From assembly GCA_032718475.1 (NCBI GenBank), contig JAUCBJ010000533.1, positions 1 through 64,000 of the forward strand: DNA of 64,000 bases, in the 5' to 3' direction. This DNA is from Nemertoderma westbladi. Its lineage: Eukaryota > Animalia > Xenacoelomorpha. Under the pieces are notes generated by a model. That model was not told the origin of the DNA. It did no database searches and saw only the letters and a program-made list of their open reading frames with translations. Positions 38,550 to 53,500 of this stretch are shown here, in pieces (positions within the stretch are counted from its first letter, which is position 1; each line of letters starts with the position of its first letter). The position numbers and the translations under genes were made by a program.

Positions 38550-41500
38550 CAACGGCTTAGAGAGAGAACAAAGCCAATTCTAAATCAGCATCGTCCTAGA
38601 GAGAGAGAACAAAGCCAATTCTAAATCAGCATCGTCCTAGAGAGAGAACAAAGCCAATTCCAAATCAGCATCGGCCTAGAGAGAGAACAAAGCCAATTCT
38701 AAATCAGAATCGTCCTAGAGAGAGAACAAAGCCAATTCTAAATCAGCATCGTCCTAGAGAGAGAACAAAGCCAATTCCAAATCAGCAACGTCCTAGAGAG
38801 AGAACAAAGCCAATTCTAAATAAGCACCGGCTTAGAGAGAGAACAAAGCCAATTCCAAATCAGCAACGTCCTAGAGAGAGAACAAAGCCAATTCTAAATC
38901 AGCATCGTCCTAGAGAGAGAACAAAGCCAATTCTAAATAAGCATCGTCCCAGAGAGAGAACAAAGCCAATTCCAAATCAGCATCGGCCTAGAGAGAGAAC
39001 AAAGCCAATTCTAAATAAGCACCGGCTTAGAGAGAGAACAAAGCCAATTCCAAATCAGCATCGGCCTAGAGAGAGAACAAAGCCAATTCTAAATCAGAAT
39101 CGTCCTAGAGAGAGAGAACAAAGCCAATTCTAAATCAGAATCGTCCTAGAGAGAGAACAAAGCCAATTCTAAATCAACACCGTCCTAGAGAGAACAAAGC
39201 CAATTCTAAATAAGCATCGTCCCAGAGAGAGAACAAAGCCAATTCCAAATCAGCATCGGCCTAGAGAGAGAACAAAGCCAATTCTAAATAAGCACCGGCT
39301 TAGAGAGAGAACAAAGCCAATTCCAAATCAGCATCGGCCTAGAGAGAGAACAAAGCCAATTCTAAATCAGAATCGTCCTAGATAGAGAACAAAGCCAATT
39401 CTAAATAAGCATCGTCCCAGAGAGAGAACAAAGCCAATTCCAAATCAGCATCGGCCTAGAGAGAGAACAAAGCCAATTCTAAATAAGCACCGGCTTAGAG
39501 AGAGAACAAAGCCAATTCCAAATCAGCATCGGCCTAGAGAGAGAACAAAGCCAATTCTAAATCAGAATCGTCCTAGAGAGAGAACAAAGCCAATTCTAAA
39601 TCAGCATCGTCCTAGAGAGAGAACAAAGCCAATTCTAAATCAGCATCGTCCTAGAGAGAGAACAAAGCCAATTCCAAATCAGCATCGGCCTAGAGAGAGA
39701 ACAAAGCCAATTCTAAATCAGCACCGTCCTAGAGAGAGAACAAAGCCAATTCTAAATCAGCACCGTCCTAGAGAGAGAGAACAAAGCCAATTCTAAATCA
39801 GCATCGGCCTAGAGAGAGAACAAAGCCAATTCTAAATCAGCATCGGCCTAGAGAGAGAACAAAGCCAATTCTAAATCAGCACCGGCTTAGAGAGAGAGAA
39901 CAAAGCCAATTCTAAATAAGCATCATCCCAGAGAGAGAACAAAGCCAATTCCAAATCAGCATCGGCCTAGAGAGAGAACAAAGCCAATTCTAAATAAGCA
40001 CCGGCTTAGAGAGAGAACAAAGCCAATTCCAAATCAGCATCGGCCTAGAGAGAGAACAAAGCCAATTCTAAATCAGAATCGTCCTAGAGAGAGAACAAAG
40101 CCAATTCTAAATCAGAATCGTCCTAGAGAGAGAACAAAGCCAATTCTAAATAAGCACCGGCTTAGAGAGAGAGAACAAAGCCAATTCTAAATAAGCATCA
40201 TCCCAGAGAGAGAACAAAGCCAATTCCAAATCAGCATCGGCCTAGAGAGAGAACAAAGCCAATTCTAAATAAGCACCGGCTTAGAGAGAGAACAAAGCCA
40301 ATTCCAAATCAGCATCGGCCTAGAGAGAGAACAAAGCCAATTCTAAATCAGAATCGTCCTAGAGAGAGAACAAAGCCAATTCTAAATAAGCAACGGCTTA
40401 GAGAGAGAACAAAGCCAATTCCAAATCAGCATCGGCCTAGAGAGAGAACAAAGCCAATTCTAAATCAGCATCGTCCTAGAGAGAGAGAACAAAGCCAATT
40501 CTAAATCAGAATCGTCCTAGAGAGAGAACAAAGCCAATTCTAAATAAGCACCGGCTTAGAGAGAGAACAAAGCCAATTCCAAATCAGCATCGGCCTAGAG
40601 AGAGAACAAAGCCAATTCTAAATCAGAATCGTCCTAGAGAGAGAACAAAGCCAATTCTAAATAAGCACCGGCTTAGAGAGAGAACAAAGCCAATTCTAAA
40701 TCAGCACCGTCCTAGAGAGAGAGAACAAAGCCAATTCTAAATAAGCATCGTCCCAGAGAGAGAACAAAGCCAATTCCAAATCAGCATCGGCCTAGAGAGA
40801 GAACAAAGCCAATTCTAAATCAGAATCGTCCTAGAGAGAGAACAAAGCCAATTCTAAATCAACACCGTCCTAGAGAGAGAGAACAAAGCCAATTCTAAAT
40901 AAGCATCGTCCCAGAGAGAGAACAAAGCCAATTCCAAATCAGCATCGGCCTAGAGAGAGAACAAAGCCAATTCTAAATAAGCACCGGCTTAGAGAGAGAA
41001 CAAAGCCAATTCCAAATCAGCATCGGCCTAGAGAGAGAACAAAGCCAATTCTAAATCAGAATCGTCCTAGATAGAGAACAAAGCCAATTCTAAATAAGCA
41101 TCGTCCCAGAGAGAGAACAAAGCCAATTCTAAATCAGCATCGGCCTAGAGAGAGAACAAAGCCAATTCTAAATAAGCACCGGCTTAGAGAGAGAACAAAG
41201 CCAATTCCAAATCAGCATCGGCCTAGAGAGAGAACAAAGCCAATTCTAAATCAGAATCGTCCTAGAGAGAGAACAAAGCCAATTCTAAATCAGCATCGTC
41301 CTAGAGAGAGAGAACAAAGCCAATTCTAAATCAACACCGTCCTAGAGAGAGAACAAAGCCAATTCTAAATCAGTATCGTCCTAGAGAGAGAACAAAGCCA
41401 ATTCTAAATCAGCATCGTCCTGGAGAGAACAAAGTCAATTCTAAATCAGCATCGTCCTAGAGAGAACAAAGTCAATTCTAAATCAGCATCGTCCTAGAGA

Positions 41501-44500
41501 GAGAACAAAGCCAATTCTAAATCAGAATCGGCCTAGAGAGAGAACAAAGCCAATTCTAAATCAGCATCGTCCTAGAGAGAGAACAAAGCCAATTCTAAAT
41601 CAACACCGTCCTAGAGAGAGAACAAAGCCAATTCTAAATCAGTATCGTCCTAGAGAGAGAACAAAGCCAATTCTAAATCAGCATCGTCCTGGAGAGAACA
41701 AAGTCAATTCTAAATCAGCATCGTCCTAGAGAGAACAAAGTCAATTCTAAATCAGCATCGTCCTAGAGAGAGAACAAAGCCAATTCTAAATCAGAATCGG
41801 CCTAGAGAGAGAACAAAGCCAATTCTAAATCAGCATCGCCCTAGAGAGAACAAAGCCAATTCTAAATAAGCATCGTCCTAGAGAGAGAACAAAGCCAATT
41901 CTAAATCAGCATCGTCCTAGAGAGAGAGAACAAAGCCAATTCTAAATCAGCATCGTCCCTGAGAGAGAACAAAGCCAATTCCAAATCAGCATCGGCCTAG
42001 AGAGAGAACAAAGCCAATTCTAAATCAGCACCGTCCTAGAGAGAGAACAAAGCCAATTCTAAATCAGCACCGTCCTAGAGAGAGAGAACAAAGCCAATTC
42101 TAAATAAGCATCGGCCTAGAGAGAGAACAAAGCCAATTCTAAATCAGCATCGTCCTAGAGAGAGAACAAAGCCAATTCTAAATAAGCATCGGCCTAGAGA
42201 GAGAACAAAGCCAATTCTAAATCAGAATCGTCCTAGAGAGAGAACAAAGCCAATTCTAAATAAGCATCATCCTAGAGAGAGAGAACAAAGCCAATTCCAA
42301 ATCAGCATCGGCCTAGAGAGAGAACAAAGCCAATTCTAAATAAGCACCGGCTTAGAGAGAGAACAAAGCCAATTCTAAATCAGCATCGTCCTAGAGAGAG
42401 AACAAAGCCAATTCTAAATAAGCATCGGCCTAGAGAGAGAACAAAGCCAATTCCAAATCAGCATCGGCCTAGAGAGAGAACAAAGCCAATTCTAAATCAG
42501 CACCGTCCTAGAGAGAGAACAAAGCCAATTCTAAATCAGCACCGTCCTAGAGAGAGAGAACAAAGCCAATTCTAAATCAGAATCGTCCTAGAGAGAGAAC
42601 AAAGCCAATTCCAAATAAGCACCGGCTTAGAGAGAGAACAAAGCCAATTCCAAATCAGCAACGTCCTAGAGAGAGAACAAAGCCAATTCTAAATAAGCAA
42701 CGGCTTAGAGAGAGAACAAAGCCAATTCTAAATCAGCATCGTCCTAGAGAGAGAGAACAAAGCCAATTCTAAATCAGCATCGTCCTAGAGAGAGAACAAA
42801 GCCAATTCCAAATCAGCATCGGCCTAGAGAGAGAACAAAGCCAATTCTAAATCAGAATCGTCCTAGAGAGAGAACAAAGCCAATTCTAAATCAGCATCGT
42901 CCTAGAGAGAGAACAAAGCCAATTCCAAATCAGCAACGTCCTAGAGAGAGAACAAAGCCAATTCTAAATAAGCACCGGCTTAGAGAGAGAACAAAGCCAA
43001 TTCCAAATCAGCAACGTCCTAGAGAGAGAACAAAGCCAATTCTAAATCAGCATCGTCCTAGAGAGAGAACAAAGCCAATTCTAAATAAGCATCGTCCCAG
43101 AGAGAGAACAAAGCCAATTCCAAATCAGCATCGGCCTAGAGAGAGAACAAAGCCAATTCTAAATAAGCACCGGCTTAGAGAGAGAACAAAGCCAATTCCA
43201 AATCAGCATCGGCCTAGAGAGAGAACAAAGCCAATTCTAAATCAGAATCGTCCTAGAGAGAGAGAACAAAGCCAATTCTAAATCAGAATCGTCCTAGAGA
43301 GAGAACAAAGCCAATTCTAAATCAACACCGTCCTAGAGAGAACAAAGCCAATTCTAAATAAGCATCGTCCCAGAGAGAGAACAAAGCCAATTCCAAATCA
43401 GCATCGGCCTAGAGAGAGAACAAAGCCAATTCTAAATAAGCACCGGCTTAGAGAGAGAACAAAGCCAATTCCAAATCAGCATCGGCCTAGAGAGAGAACA
43501 AAGCCAATTCTAAATCAGAATCGTCCTAGATAGAGAACAAAGCCAATTCTAAATAAGCATCGTCCCAGAGAGAGAACAAAGCCAATTCCAAATCAGCATC
43601 GGCCTAGAGAGAGAACAAAGCCAATTCTAAATAAGCACCGGCTTAGAGAGAGAACAAAGCCAATTCCAAATCAGCATCGGCCTAGAGAGAGAACAAAGCC
43701 AATTCTAAATCAGAATCGTCCTAGAGAGAGAACAAAGCCAATTCTAAATCAGCATCGTCCTAGAGAGAGAACAAAGCCAATTCTAAATCAGCATCGTCCT
43801 AGAGAGAGAACAAAGCCAATTCCAAATCAGCATCGGCCTAGAGAGAGAACAAAGTCAATTCTAAATCAGCATCGTCCTAGAGAGAACAAAGTCAATTCTA
43901 AATCAGCATCGTCCTAGAGAGAGAACAAAGCCAATTCTAAATCAGAATCGGCCTAGAGAGAGAACAAAGCCAATTCTAAATCAGCATCGTCCTAGAGAGA
44001 GAACAAAGCCAATTCTAAATCAACACCGTCCTAGAGAGAGAACAAAGCCAATTCTAAATCAGTATCGTCCTAGAGAGAGAACAAAGCCAATTCTAAATCA
44101 GCATCGTCCTGGAGAGAACAAAGTCAATTCTAAATCAGCATCGTCCTAGAGAGAACAAAGTCAATTCTAAATCAGCATCGTCCTAGAGAGAGAACAAAGC
44201 CAATTCTAAATCAGAATCGGCCTAGAGAGAGAACAAAGCCAATTCTAAATCAGCATCGCCCTAGAGAGAACAAAGCCAATTCTAAATAAGCATCGTCCTA
44301 GAGAGAGAACAAAGCCAATTCTAAATCAGCATCGTCCTAGAGAGAGAGAACAAAGCCAATTCTAAATCAGCATCGTCCCTGAGAGAGAACAAAGCCAATT
44401 CCAAATCAGCATCGGCCTAGAGAGAGAACAAAGCCAATTCTAAATCAGCACCGTCCTAGAGAGAGAACAAAGCCAATTCTAAATCAGCACCGTCCTAGAG

Positions 44501-47500
44501 AGAGAGAACAAAGCCAATTCTAAATAAGCATCGGCCTAGAGAGAGAACAAAGCCAATTCTAAATCAGCATCGTCCTAGAGAGAGAACAAAGCCAATTCTA
44601 AATAAGCATCGGCCTAGAGAGAGAACAAAGCCAATTCTAAATCAGAATCGTCCTAGAGAGAGAACAAAGCCAATTCTAAATAAGCATCATCCTAGAGAGA
44701 GAGAACAAAGCCAATTCCAAATCAGCATCGGCCTAGAGAGAGAACAAAGCCAATTCTAAATAAGCACCGGCTTAGAGAGAGAACAAAGCCAATTCTAAAT
44801 CAGCATCGTCCTAGAGAGAGAACAAAGCCAATTCTAAATAAGCATCGGCCTAGAGAGAGAACAAAGCCAATTCCAAATCAGCATCGGCCTAGAGAGAGAA
44901 CAAAGCCAATTCTAAATCAGCACCGTCCTAGAGAGAGAACAAAGCCAATTCTAAATCAGCACCGTCCTAGAGAGAGAGAACAAAGCCAATTCTAAATCAG
45001 AATCGTCCTAGAGAGAGAACAAAGCCAATTCCAAATAAGCACCGGCTTAGAGAGAGAACAAAGCCAATTCCAAATCAGCAACGTCCTAGAGAGAGAACAA
45101 AGCCAATTCTAAATAAGCAACGGCTTAGAGAGAGAACAAAGCCAATTCTAAATCAGCATCGTCCTAGAGAGAGAGAACAAAGCCAATTCTAAATCAGCAT
45201 CGTCCTAGAGAGAGAACAAAGCCAATTCCAAATCAGCATCGGCCTAGAGAGAGAACAAAGCCAATTCTAAATCAGAATCGTCCTAGAGAGAGAACAAAGC
45301 CAATTCTAAATCAGCATCGTCCTAGAGAGAGAACAAAGCCAATTCCAAATCAGCAACGTCCTAGAGAGAGAACAAAGCCAATTCTAAATAAGCACCGGCT
45401 TAGAGAGAGAACAAAGCCAATTCCAAATCAGCAACGTCCTAGAGAGAGAACAAAGCCAATTCTAAATCAGCATCGTCCTAGAGAGAGAACAAAGCCAATT
45501 CTAAATAAGCATCGTCCCAGAGAGAGAACAAAGCCAATTCCAAATCAGCATCGGCCTAGAGAGAGAACAAAGCCAATTCTAAATAAGCACCGGCTTAGAG
45601 AGAGAACAAAGCCAATTCCAAATCAGCATCGGCCTAGAGAGAGAACAAAGCCAATTCTAAATCAGAATCGTCCTAGAGAGAGAGAACAAAGCCAATTCTA
45701 AATCAGAATCGTCCTAGAGAGAGAACAAAGCCAATTCTAAATCAACACCGTCCTAGAGAGAACAAAGCCAATTCTAAATAAGCATCGTCCCAGAGAGAGA
45801 ACAAAGCCAATTCCAAATCAGCATCGGCCTAGAGAGAGAACAAAGCCAATTCTAAATAAGCACCGGCTTAGAGAGAGAACAAAGCCAATTCCAAATCAGC
45901 ATCGGCCTAGAGAGAGAACAAAGCCAATTCTAAATCAGAATCGTCCTAGATAGAGAACAAAGCCAATTCTAAATAAGCATCGTCCCAGAGAGAGAACAAA
46001 GCCAATTCCAAATCAGCATCGGCCTAGAGAGAGAACAAAGCCAATTCTAAATAAGCACCGGCTTAGAGAGAGAACAAAGCCAATTCCAAATCAGCATCGG
46101 CCTAGAGAGAGAACAAAGCCAATTCTAAATCAGAATCGTCCTAGAGAGAGAACAAAGCCAATTCTAAATCAGCATCGTCCTAGAGAGAGAACAAAGCCAA
46201 TTCTAAATCAGCATCGTCCTAGAGAGAGAACAAAGCCAATTCCAAATCAGCATCGGCCTAGAGAGAGAACAAAGCCAATTCTAAATCAGCACCGTCCTAG
46301 AGAGAGAACAAAGCCAATTCTAAATCAGCACCGTCCTAGAGAGAGAGAACAAAGCCAATTCTAAATCAGCATCGGCCTAGAGAGAGAACAAAGCCAATTC
46401 TAAATCAGCATCGGCCTAGAGAGAGAACAAAGCCAATTCTAAATCAGCACCGGCTTAGAGAGAGAGAACAAAGCCAATTCTAAATAAGCATCATCCCAGA
46501 GAGAGAACAAAGCCAATTCCAAATCAGCATCGGCCTAGAGAGAGAACAAAGCCAATTCTAAATAAGCACCGGCTTAGAGAGAGAACAAAGCCAATTCCAA
46601 ATCAGCATCGGCCTAGAGAGAGAACAAAGCCAATTCTAAATCAGAATCGTCCTAGAGAGAGAACAAAGCCAATTCTAAATCAGAATCGTCCTAGAGAGAG
46701 AACAAAGCCAATTCTAAATAAGCACCGGCTTAGAGAGAGAGAACAAAGCCAATTCTAAATAAGCATCATCCCAGAGAGAGAACAAAGCCAATTCCAAATC
46801 AGCATCGGCCTAGAGAGAGAACAAAGCCAATTCTAAATAAGCACCGGCTTAGAGAGAGAACAAAGCCAATTCCAAATCAGCATCGGCCTAGAGAGAGAAC
46901 AAAGCCAATTCTAAATCAGAATCGTCCTAGAGAGAGAACAAAGCCAATTCTAAATAAGCAACGGCTTAGAGAGAGAACAAAGCCAATTCCAAATCAGCAT
47001 CGGCCTAGAGAGAGAACAAAGCCAATTCTAAATCAGCATCGTCCTAGAGAGAGAGAACAAAGCCAATTCTAAATCAGAATCGTCCTAGAGAGAGAACAAA
47101 GCCAATTCTAAATAAGCACCGGCTTAGAGAGAGAACAAAGCCAATTCCAAATCAGCATCGGCCTAGAGAGAGAACAAAGCCAATTCTAAATCAGAATCGT
47201 CCTAGAGAGAGAACAAAGCCAATTCTAAATAAGCACCGGCTTAGAGAGAGAACAAAGCCAATTCTAAATCAGCACCGTCCTAGAGAGAGAGAACAAAGCC
47301 AATTCTAAATAAGCATCGTCCCAGAGAGAGAACAAAGCCAATTCCAAATCAGCATCGGCCTAGAGAGAGAACAAAGCCAATTCTAAATCAGAATCGTCCT
47401 AGAGAGAGAACAAAGCCAATTCTAAATCAACACCGTCCTAGAGAGAGAGAACAAAGCCAATTCTAAATAAGCATCGTCCCAGAGAGAGAACAAAGCCAAT

Positions 47501-50500
47501 TCCAAATCAGCATCGGCCTAGAGAGAGAACAAAGCCAATTCTAAATAAGCACCGGCTTAGAGAGAGAACAAAGCCAATTCCAAATCAGCATCGGCCTAGA
47601 GAGAGAACAAAGCCAATTCTAAATCAGAATCGTCCTAGATAGAGAACAAAGCCAATTCTAAATAAGCATCGTCCCAGAGAGAGAACAAAGCCAATTCTAA
47701 ATCAGCATCGGCCTAGAGAGAGAACAAAGCCAATTCTAAATAAGCACCGGCTTAGAGAGAGAACAAAGCCAATTCCAAATCAGCATCGGCCTAGAGAGAG
47801 AACAAAGCCAATTCTAAATCAGAATCGTCCTAGAGAGAGAACAAAGCCAATTCTAAATCAGCATCGTCCTAGAGAGAGAGAACAAAGCCAATTCTAAATC
47901 AACACCGTCCTAGAGAGAGAACAAAGCCAATTCTAAATCAGTATCGTCCTAGAGAGAGAACAAAGCCAATTCTAAATCAGCATCGTCCTGGAGAGAACAA
48001 AGTCAATTCTAAATCAGCATCGTCCTAGAGAGAACAAAGTCAATTCTAAATCAGCATCGTCCTAGAGAGAGAACAAAGCCAATTCTAAATCAGAATCGGC
48101 CTAGAGAGAGAACAAAGTCAATTCTAAATCAGCATCGTCCTAGAGAGAACAAAGTCAATTCTAAATCAGCATCGTCCTAGAGAGAGAACAAAGCCAATTC
48201 TAAATCAGAATCGGCCTAGAGAGAGAACAAAGCCAATTCTAAATCAGCATCGTCCTAGAGAGAGAACAAAGCCAATTCTAAATCAACACCGTCCTAGAGA
48301 GAGAACAAAGCCAATTCTAAATCAGTATCGTCCTAGAGAGAGAACAAAGCCAATTCTAAATCAGCATCGTCCTGGAGAGAACAAAGTCAATTCTAAATCA
48401 GCATCGTCCTAGAGAGAACAAAGTCAATTCTAAATCAGCATCGTCCTAGAGAGAGAACAAAGCCAATTCTAAATCAGAATCGGCCTAGAGAGAGAACAAA
48501 GCCAATTCTAAATCAGCATCGCCCTAGAGAGAACAAAGCCAATTCTAAATAAGCATCGTCCTAGAGAGAGAACAAAGCCAATTCTAAATCAGCATCGTCC
48601 TAGAGAGAGAGAACAAAGCCAATTCTAAATCAGCATCGTCCCTGAGAGAGAACAAAGCCAATTCCAAATCAGCATCGGCCTAGAGAGAGAACAAAGCCAA
48701 TTCTAAATCAGCACCGTCCTAGAGAGAGAACAAAGCCAATTCTAAATCAGCACCGTCCTAGAGAGAGAGAACAAAGCCAATTCTAAATAAGCATCGGCCT
48801 AGAGAGAGAACAAAGCCAATTCTAAATCAGCATCGTCCTAGAGAGAGAACAAAGCCAATTCTAAATAAGCATCGGCCTAGAGAGAGAACAAAGCCAATTC
48901 TAAATCAGAATCGTCCTAGAGAGAGAACAAAGCCAATTCTAAATAAGCATCATCCTAGAGAGAGAGAACAAAGCCAATTCCAAATCAGCATCGGCCTAGA
49001 GAGAGAACAAAGCCAATTCTAAATAAGCACCGGCTTAGAGAGAGAACAAAGCCAATTCTAAATCAGCATCGTCCTAGAGAGAGAACAAAGCCAATTCTAA
49101 ATAAGCATCGGCCTAGAGAGAGAACAAAGCCAATTCCAAATCAGCATCGGCCTAGAGAGAGAACAAAGCCAATTCTAAATCAGCACCGTCCTAGAGAGAG
49201 AACAAAGCCAATTCTAAATCAGCACCGTCCTAGAGAGAGAGAACAAAGCCAATTCTAAATCAGAATCGTCCTAGAGAGAGAACAAAGCCAATTCCAAATA
49301 AGCACCGGCTTAGAGAGAGAACAAAGCCAATTCCAAATCAGCAACGTCCTAGAGAGAGAACAAAGCCAATTCTAAATAAGCAACGGCTTAGAGAGAGAAC
49401 AAAGCCAATTCTAAATCAGCATCGTCCTAGAGAGAGAGAACAAAGCCAATTCTAAATCAGCATCGTCCTAGAGAGAGAACAAAGCCAATTCCAAATCAGC
49501 ATCGGCCTAGAGAGAGAACAAAGCCAATTCTAAATCAGAATCGTCCTAGAGAGAGAACAAAGCCAATTCTAAATCAGCATCGTCCTAGAGAGAGAACAAA
49601 GCCAATTCCAAATCAGCAACGTCCTAGAGAGAGAACAAAGCCAATTCTAAATAAGCACCGGCTTAGAGAGAGAACAAAGCCAATTCCAAATCAGCAACGT
49701 CCTAGAGAGAGAACAAAGCCAATTCTAAATCAGCATCGTCCTAGAGAGAGAACAAAGCCAATTCTAAATAAGCATCGTCCCAGAGAGAGAACAAAGCCAA
49801 TTCCAAATCAGCATCGGCCTAGAGAGAGAACAAAGCCAATTCTAAATAAGCACCGGCTTAGAGAGAGAACAAAGCCAATTCCAAATCAGCATCGGCCTAG
49901 AGAGAGAACAAAGCCAATTCTAAATCAGAATCGTCCTAGAGAGAGAGAACAAAGCCAATTCTAAATCAGAATCGTCCTAGAGAGAGAACAAAGCCAATTC
50001 TAAATCAACACCGTCCTAGAGAGAACAAAGCCAATTCTAAATAAGCATCGTCCCAGAGAGAGAACAAAGCCAATTCCAAATCAGCATCGGCCTAGAGAGA
50101 GAACAAAGCCAATTCTAAATAAGCACCGGCTTAGAGAGAGAACAAAGCCAATTCCAAATCAGCATCGGCCTAGAGAGAGAACAAAGCCAATTCTAAATCA
50201 GAATCGTCCTAGATAGAGAACAAAGCCAATTCTAAATAAGCATCGTCCCAGAGAGAGAACAAAGCCAATTCCAAATCAGCATCGGCCTAGAGAGAGAACA
50301 AAGCCAATTCTAAATAAGCACCGGCTTAGAGAGAGAACAAAGCCAATTCCAAATCAGCATCGGCCTAGAGAGAGAACAAAGCCAATTCTAAATCAGAATC
50401 GTCCTAGAGAGAGAACAAAGCCAATTCTAAATCAGCATCGTCCTAGAGAGAGAACAAAGCCAATTCTAAATCAGCATCGTCCTAGAGAGAGAACAAAGCC

Positions 50501-53500
50501 AATTCCAAATCAGCATCGGCCTAGAGAGAGAACAAAGCCAATTCTAAATCAGCACCGTCCTAGAGAGAGAACAAAGCCAATTCTAAATCAGCACCGTCCT
50601 AGAGAGAGAGAACAAAGCCAATTCTAAATCAGCATCGGCCTAGAGAGAGAACAAAGCCAATTCTAAATCAGCATCGGCCTAGAGAGAGAACAAAGCCAAT
50701 TCTAAATCAGCACCGGCTTAGAGAGAGAGAACAAAGCCAATTCTAAATAAGCATCATCCCAGAGAGAGAACAAAGCCAATTCCAAATCAGCATCGGCCTA
50801 GAGAGAGAACAAAGCCAATTCTAAATAAGCACCGGCTTAGAGAGAGAACAAAGCCAATTCCAAATCAGCATCGGCCTAGAGAGAGAACAAAGCCAATTCT
50901 AAATCAGAATCGTCCTAGAGAGAGAACAAAGCCAATTCTAAATCAGAATCGTCCTAGAGAGAGAACAAAGCCAATTCTAAATAAGCACCGGCTTAGAGAG
51001 AGAGAACAAAGCCAATTCTAAATAAGCATCATCCCAGAGAGAGAACAAAGCCAATTCCAAATCAGCATCGGCCTAGAGAGAGAACAAAGCCAATTCTAAA
51101 TAAGCACCGGCTTAGAGAGAGAACAAAGCCAATTCCAAATCAGCATCGGCCTAGAGAGAGAACAAAGCCAATTCTAAATCAGAATCGTCCTAGAGAGAGA
51201 ACAAAGCCAATTCTAAATAAGCAACGGCTTAGAGAGAGAACAAAGCCAATTCCAAATCAGCATCGGCCTAGAGAGAGAACAAAGCCAATTCTAAATCAGC
51301 ATCGTCCTAGAGAGAGAGAACAAAGCCAATTCTAAATCAGAATCGTCCTAGAGAGAGAACAAAGCCAATTCTAAATAAGCACCGGCTTAGAGAGAGAACA
51401 AAGCCAATTCCAAATCAGCATCGGCCTAGAGAGAGAACAAAGCCAATTCTAAATCAGAATCGTCCTAGAGAGAGAACAAAGCCAATTCTAAATAAGCACC
51501 GGCTTAGAGAGAGAACAAAGCCAATTCTAAATCAGCACCGTCCTAGAGAGAGAGAACAAAGCCAATTCTAAATAAGCATCGTCCCAGAGAGAGAACAAAG
51601 CCAATTCCAAATCAGCATCGGCCTAGAGAGAGAACAAAGCCAATTCTAAATCAGAATCGTCCTAGAGAGAGAACAAAGCCAATTCTAAATCAACACCGTC
51701 CTAGAGAGAGAGAACAAAGCCAATTCTAAATAAGCATCGTCCCAGAGAGAGAACAAAGCCAATTCCAAATCAGCATCGGCCTAGAGAGAGAACAAAGCCA
51801 ATTCTAAATAAGCACCGGCTTAGAGAGAGAACAAAGCCAATTCCAAATCAGCATCGGCCTAGAGAGAGAACAAAGCCAATTCTAAATCAGAATCGTCCTA
51901 GATAGAGAACAAAGCCAATTCTAAATAAGCATCGTCCCAGAGAGAGAACAAAGCCAATTCTAAATCAGCATCGGCCTAGAGAGAGAACAAAGCCAATTCT
52001 AAATAAGCACCGGCTTAGAGAGAGAACAAAGCCAATTCCAAATCAGCATCGGCCTAGAGAGAGAACAAAGCCAATTCTAAATCAGAATCGTCCTAGAGAG
52101 AGAACAAAGCCAATTCTAAATCAGCATCGTCCTAGAGAGAGAGAACAAAGCCAATTCTAAATCAACACCGTCCTAGAGAGAGAACAAAGCCAATTCTAAA
52201 TCAGTATCGTCCTAGAGAGAGAACAAAGCCAATTCTAAATCAGCATCGTCCTGGAGAGAACAAAGTCAATTCTAAATCAGCATCGTCCTAGAGAGAACAA
52301 AGTCAATTCTAAATCAGCATCGTCCTAGAGAGAGAACAAAGCCAATTCTAAATCAGAATCGGCCTAGAGAGAGAACAAAGCCAATTCTAAATCAGCATCG
52401 TCCTAGAGAGAGAACAAAGCCAATTCTAAATCAACACCGTCCTAGAGAGAGAACAAAGCCAATTCTAAATCAGTATCGTCCTAGAGAGAGAACAAAGCCA
52501 ATTCTAAATCAGCATCGTCCTGGAGAGAACAAAGTCAATTCTAAATCAGCATCGTCCTAGAGAGAACAAAGTCAATTCTAAATCAGCATCGTCCTAGAGA
52601 GAGAACAAAGCCAATTCTAAATCAGAATCGGCCTAGAGAGAGAACAAAGCCAATTCTAAATCAGCATCGCCCTAGAGAGAACAAAGCCAATTCTAAATAA
52701 GCATCGTCCTAGAGAGAGAACAAAGCCAATTCTAAATCAGCATCGTCCTAGAGAGAGAGAACAAAGCCAATTCTAAATCAGCATCGTCCCTGAGAGAGAA
52801 CAAAGCCAATTCCAAATCAGCATCGGCCTAGAGAGAGAACAAAGCCAATTCTAAATCAGCACCGTCCTAGAGAGAGAACAAAGCCAATTCTAAATCAGCA
52901 CCGTCCTAGAGAGAGAGAACAAAGCCAATTCTAAATAAGCATCGGCCTAGAGAGAGAACAAAGCCAATTCTAAATCAGCATCGTCCTAGAGAGAGAACAA
53001 AGCCAATTCTAAATAAGCATCGGCCTAGAGAGAGAACAAAGCCAATTCTAAATCAGAATCGTCCTAGAGAGAGAACAAAGCCAATTCTAAATAAGCATCA
53101 TCCTAGAGAGAGAGAACAAAGCCAATTCCAAATCAGCATCGGCCTAGAGAGAGAACAAAGCCAATTCTAAATAAGCACCGGCTTAGAGAGAGAACAAAGC
53201 CAATTCTAAATCAGCATCGTCCTAGAGAGAGAACAAAGCCAATTCTAAATAAGCATCGGCCTAGAGAGAGAACAAAGCCAATTCCAAATCAGCATCGGCC
53301 TAGAGAGAGAACAAAGCCAATTCTAAATCAGCACCGTCCTAGAGAGAGAACAAAGCCAATTCTAAATCAGCACCGTCCTAGAGAGAGAGAACAAAGCCAA
53401 TTCTAAATCAGAATCGTCCTAGAGAGAGAACAAAGCCAATTCCAAATAAGCACCGGCTTAGAGAGAGAACAAAGCCAATTCCAAATCAGCAACGTCCTAG
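38550..53500. repeat. Multi-kb higher-order repeat, period about 4.15-4.26 kb, with one 2.42-kb partial duplication
   Basis: The agaTagag marker lies at 39383, 41072, 43531, 45951, 47640, 50214 and 51903 (1689-bp spacing three times; 4148 and 4263 offsets). The cagTatcg marker gives concordant offsets of 2420, 4263 and 4148. Boundaries are approximate. Confidence 0.85.
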
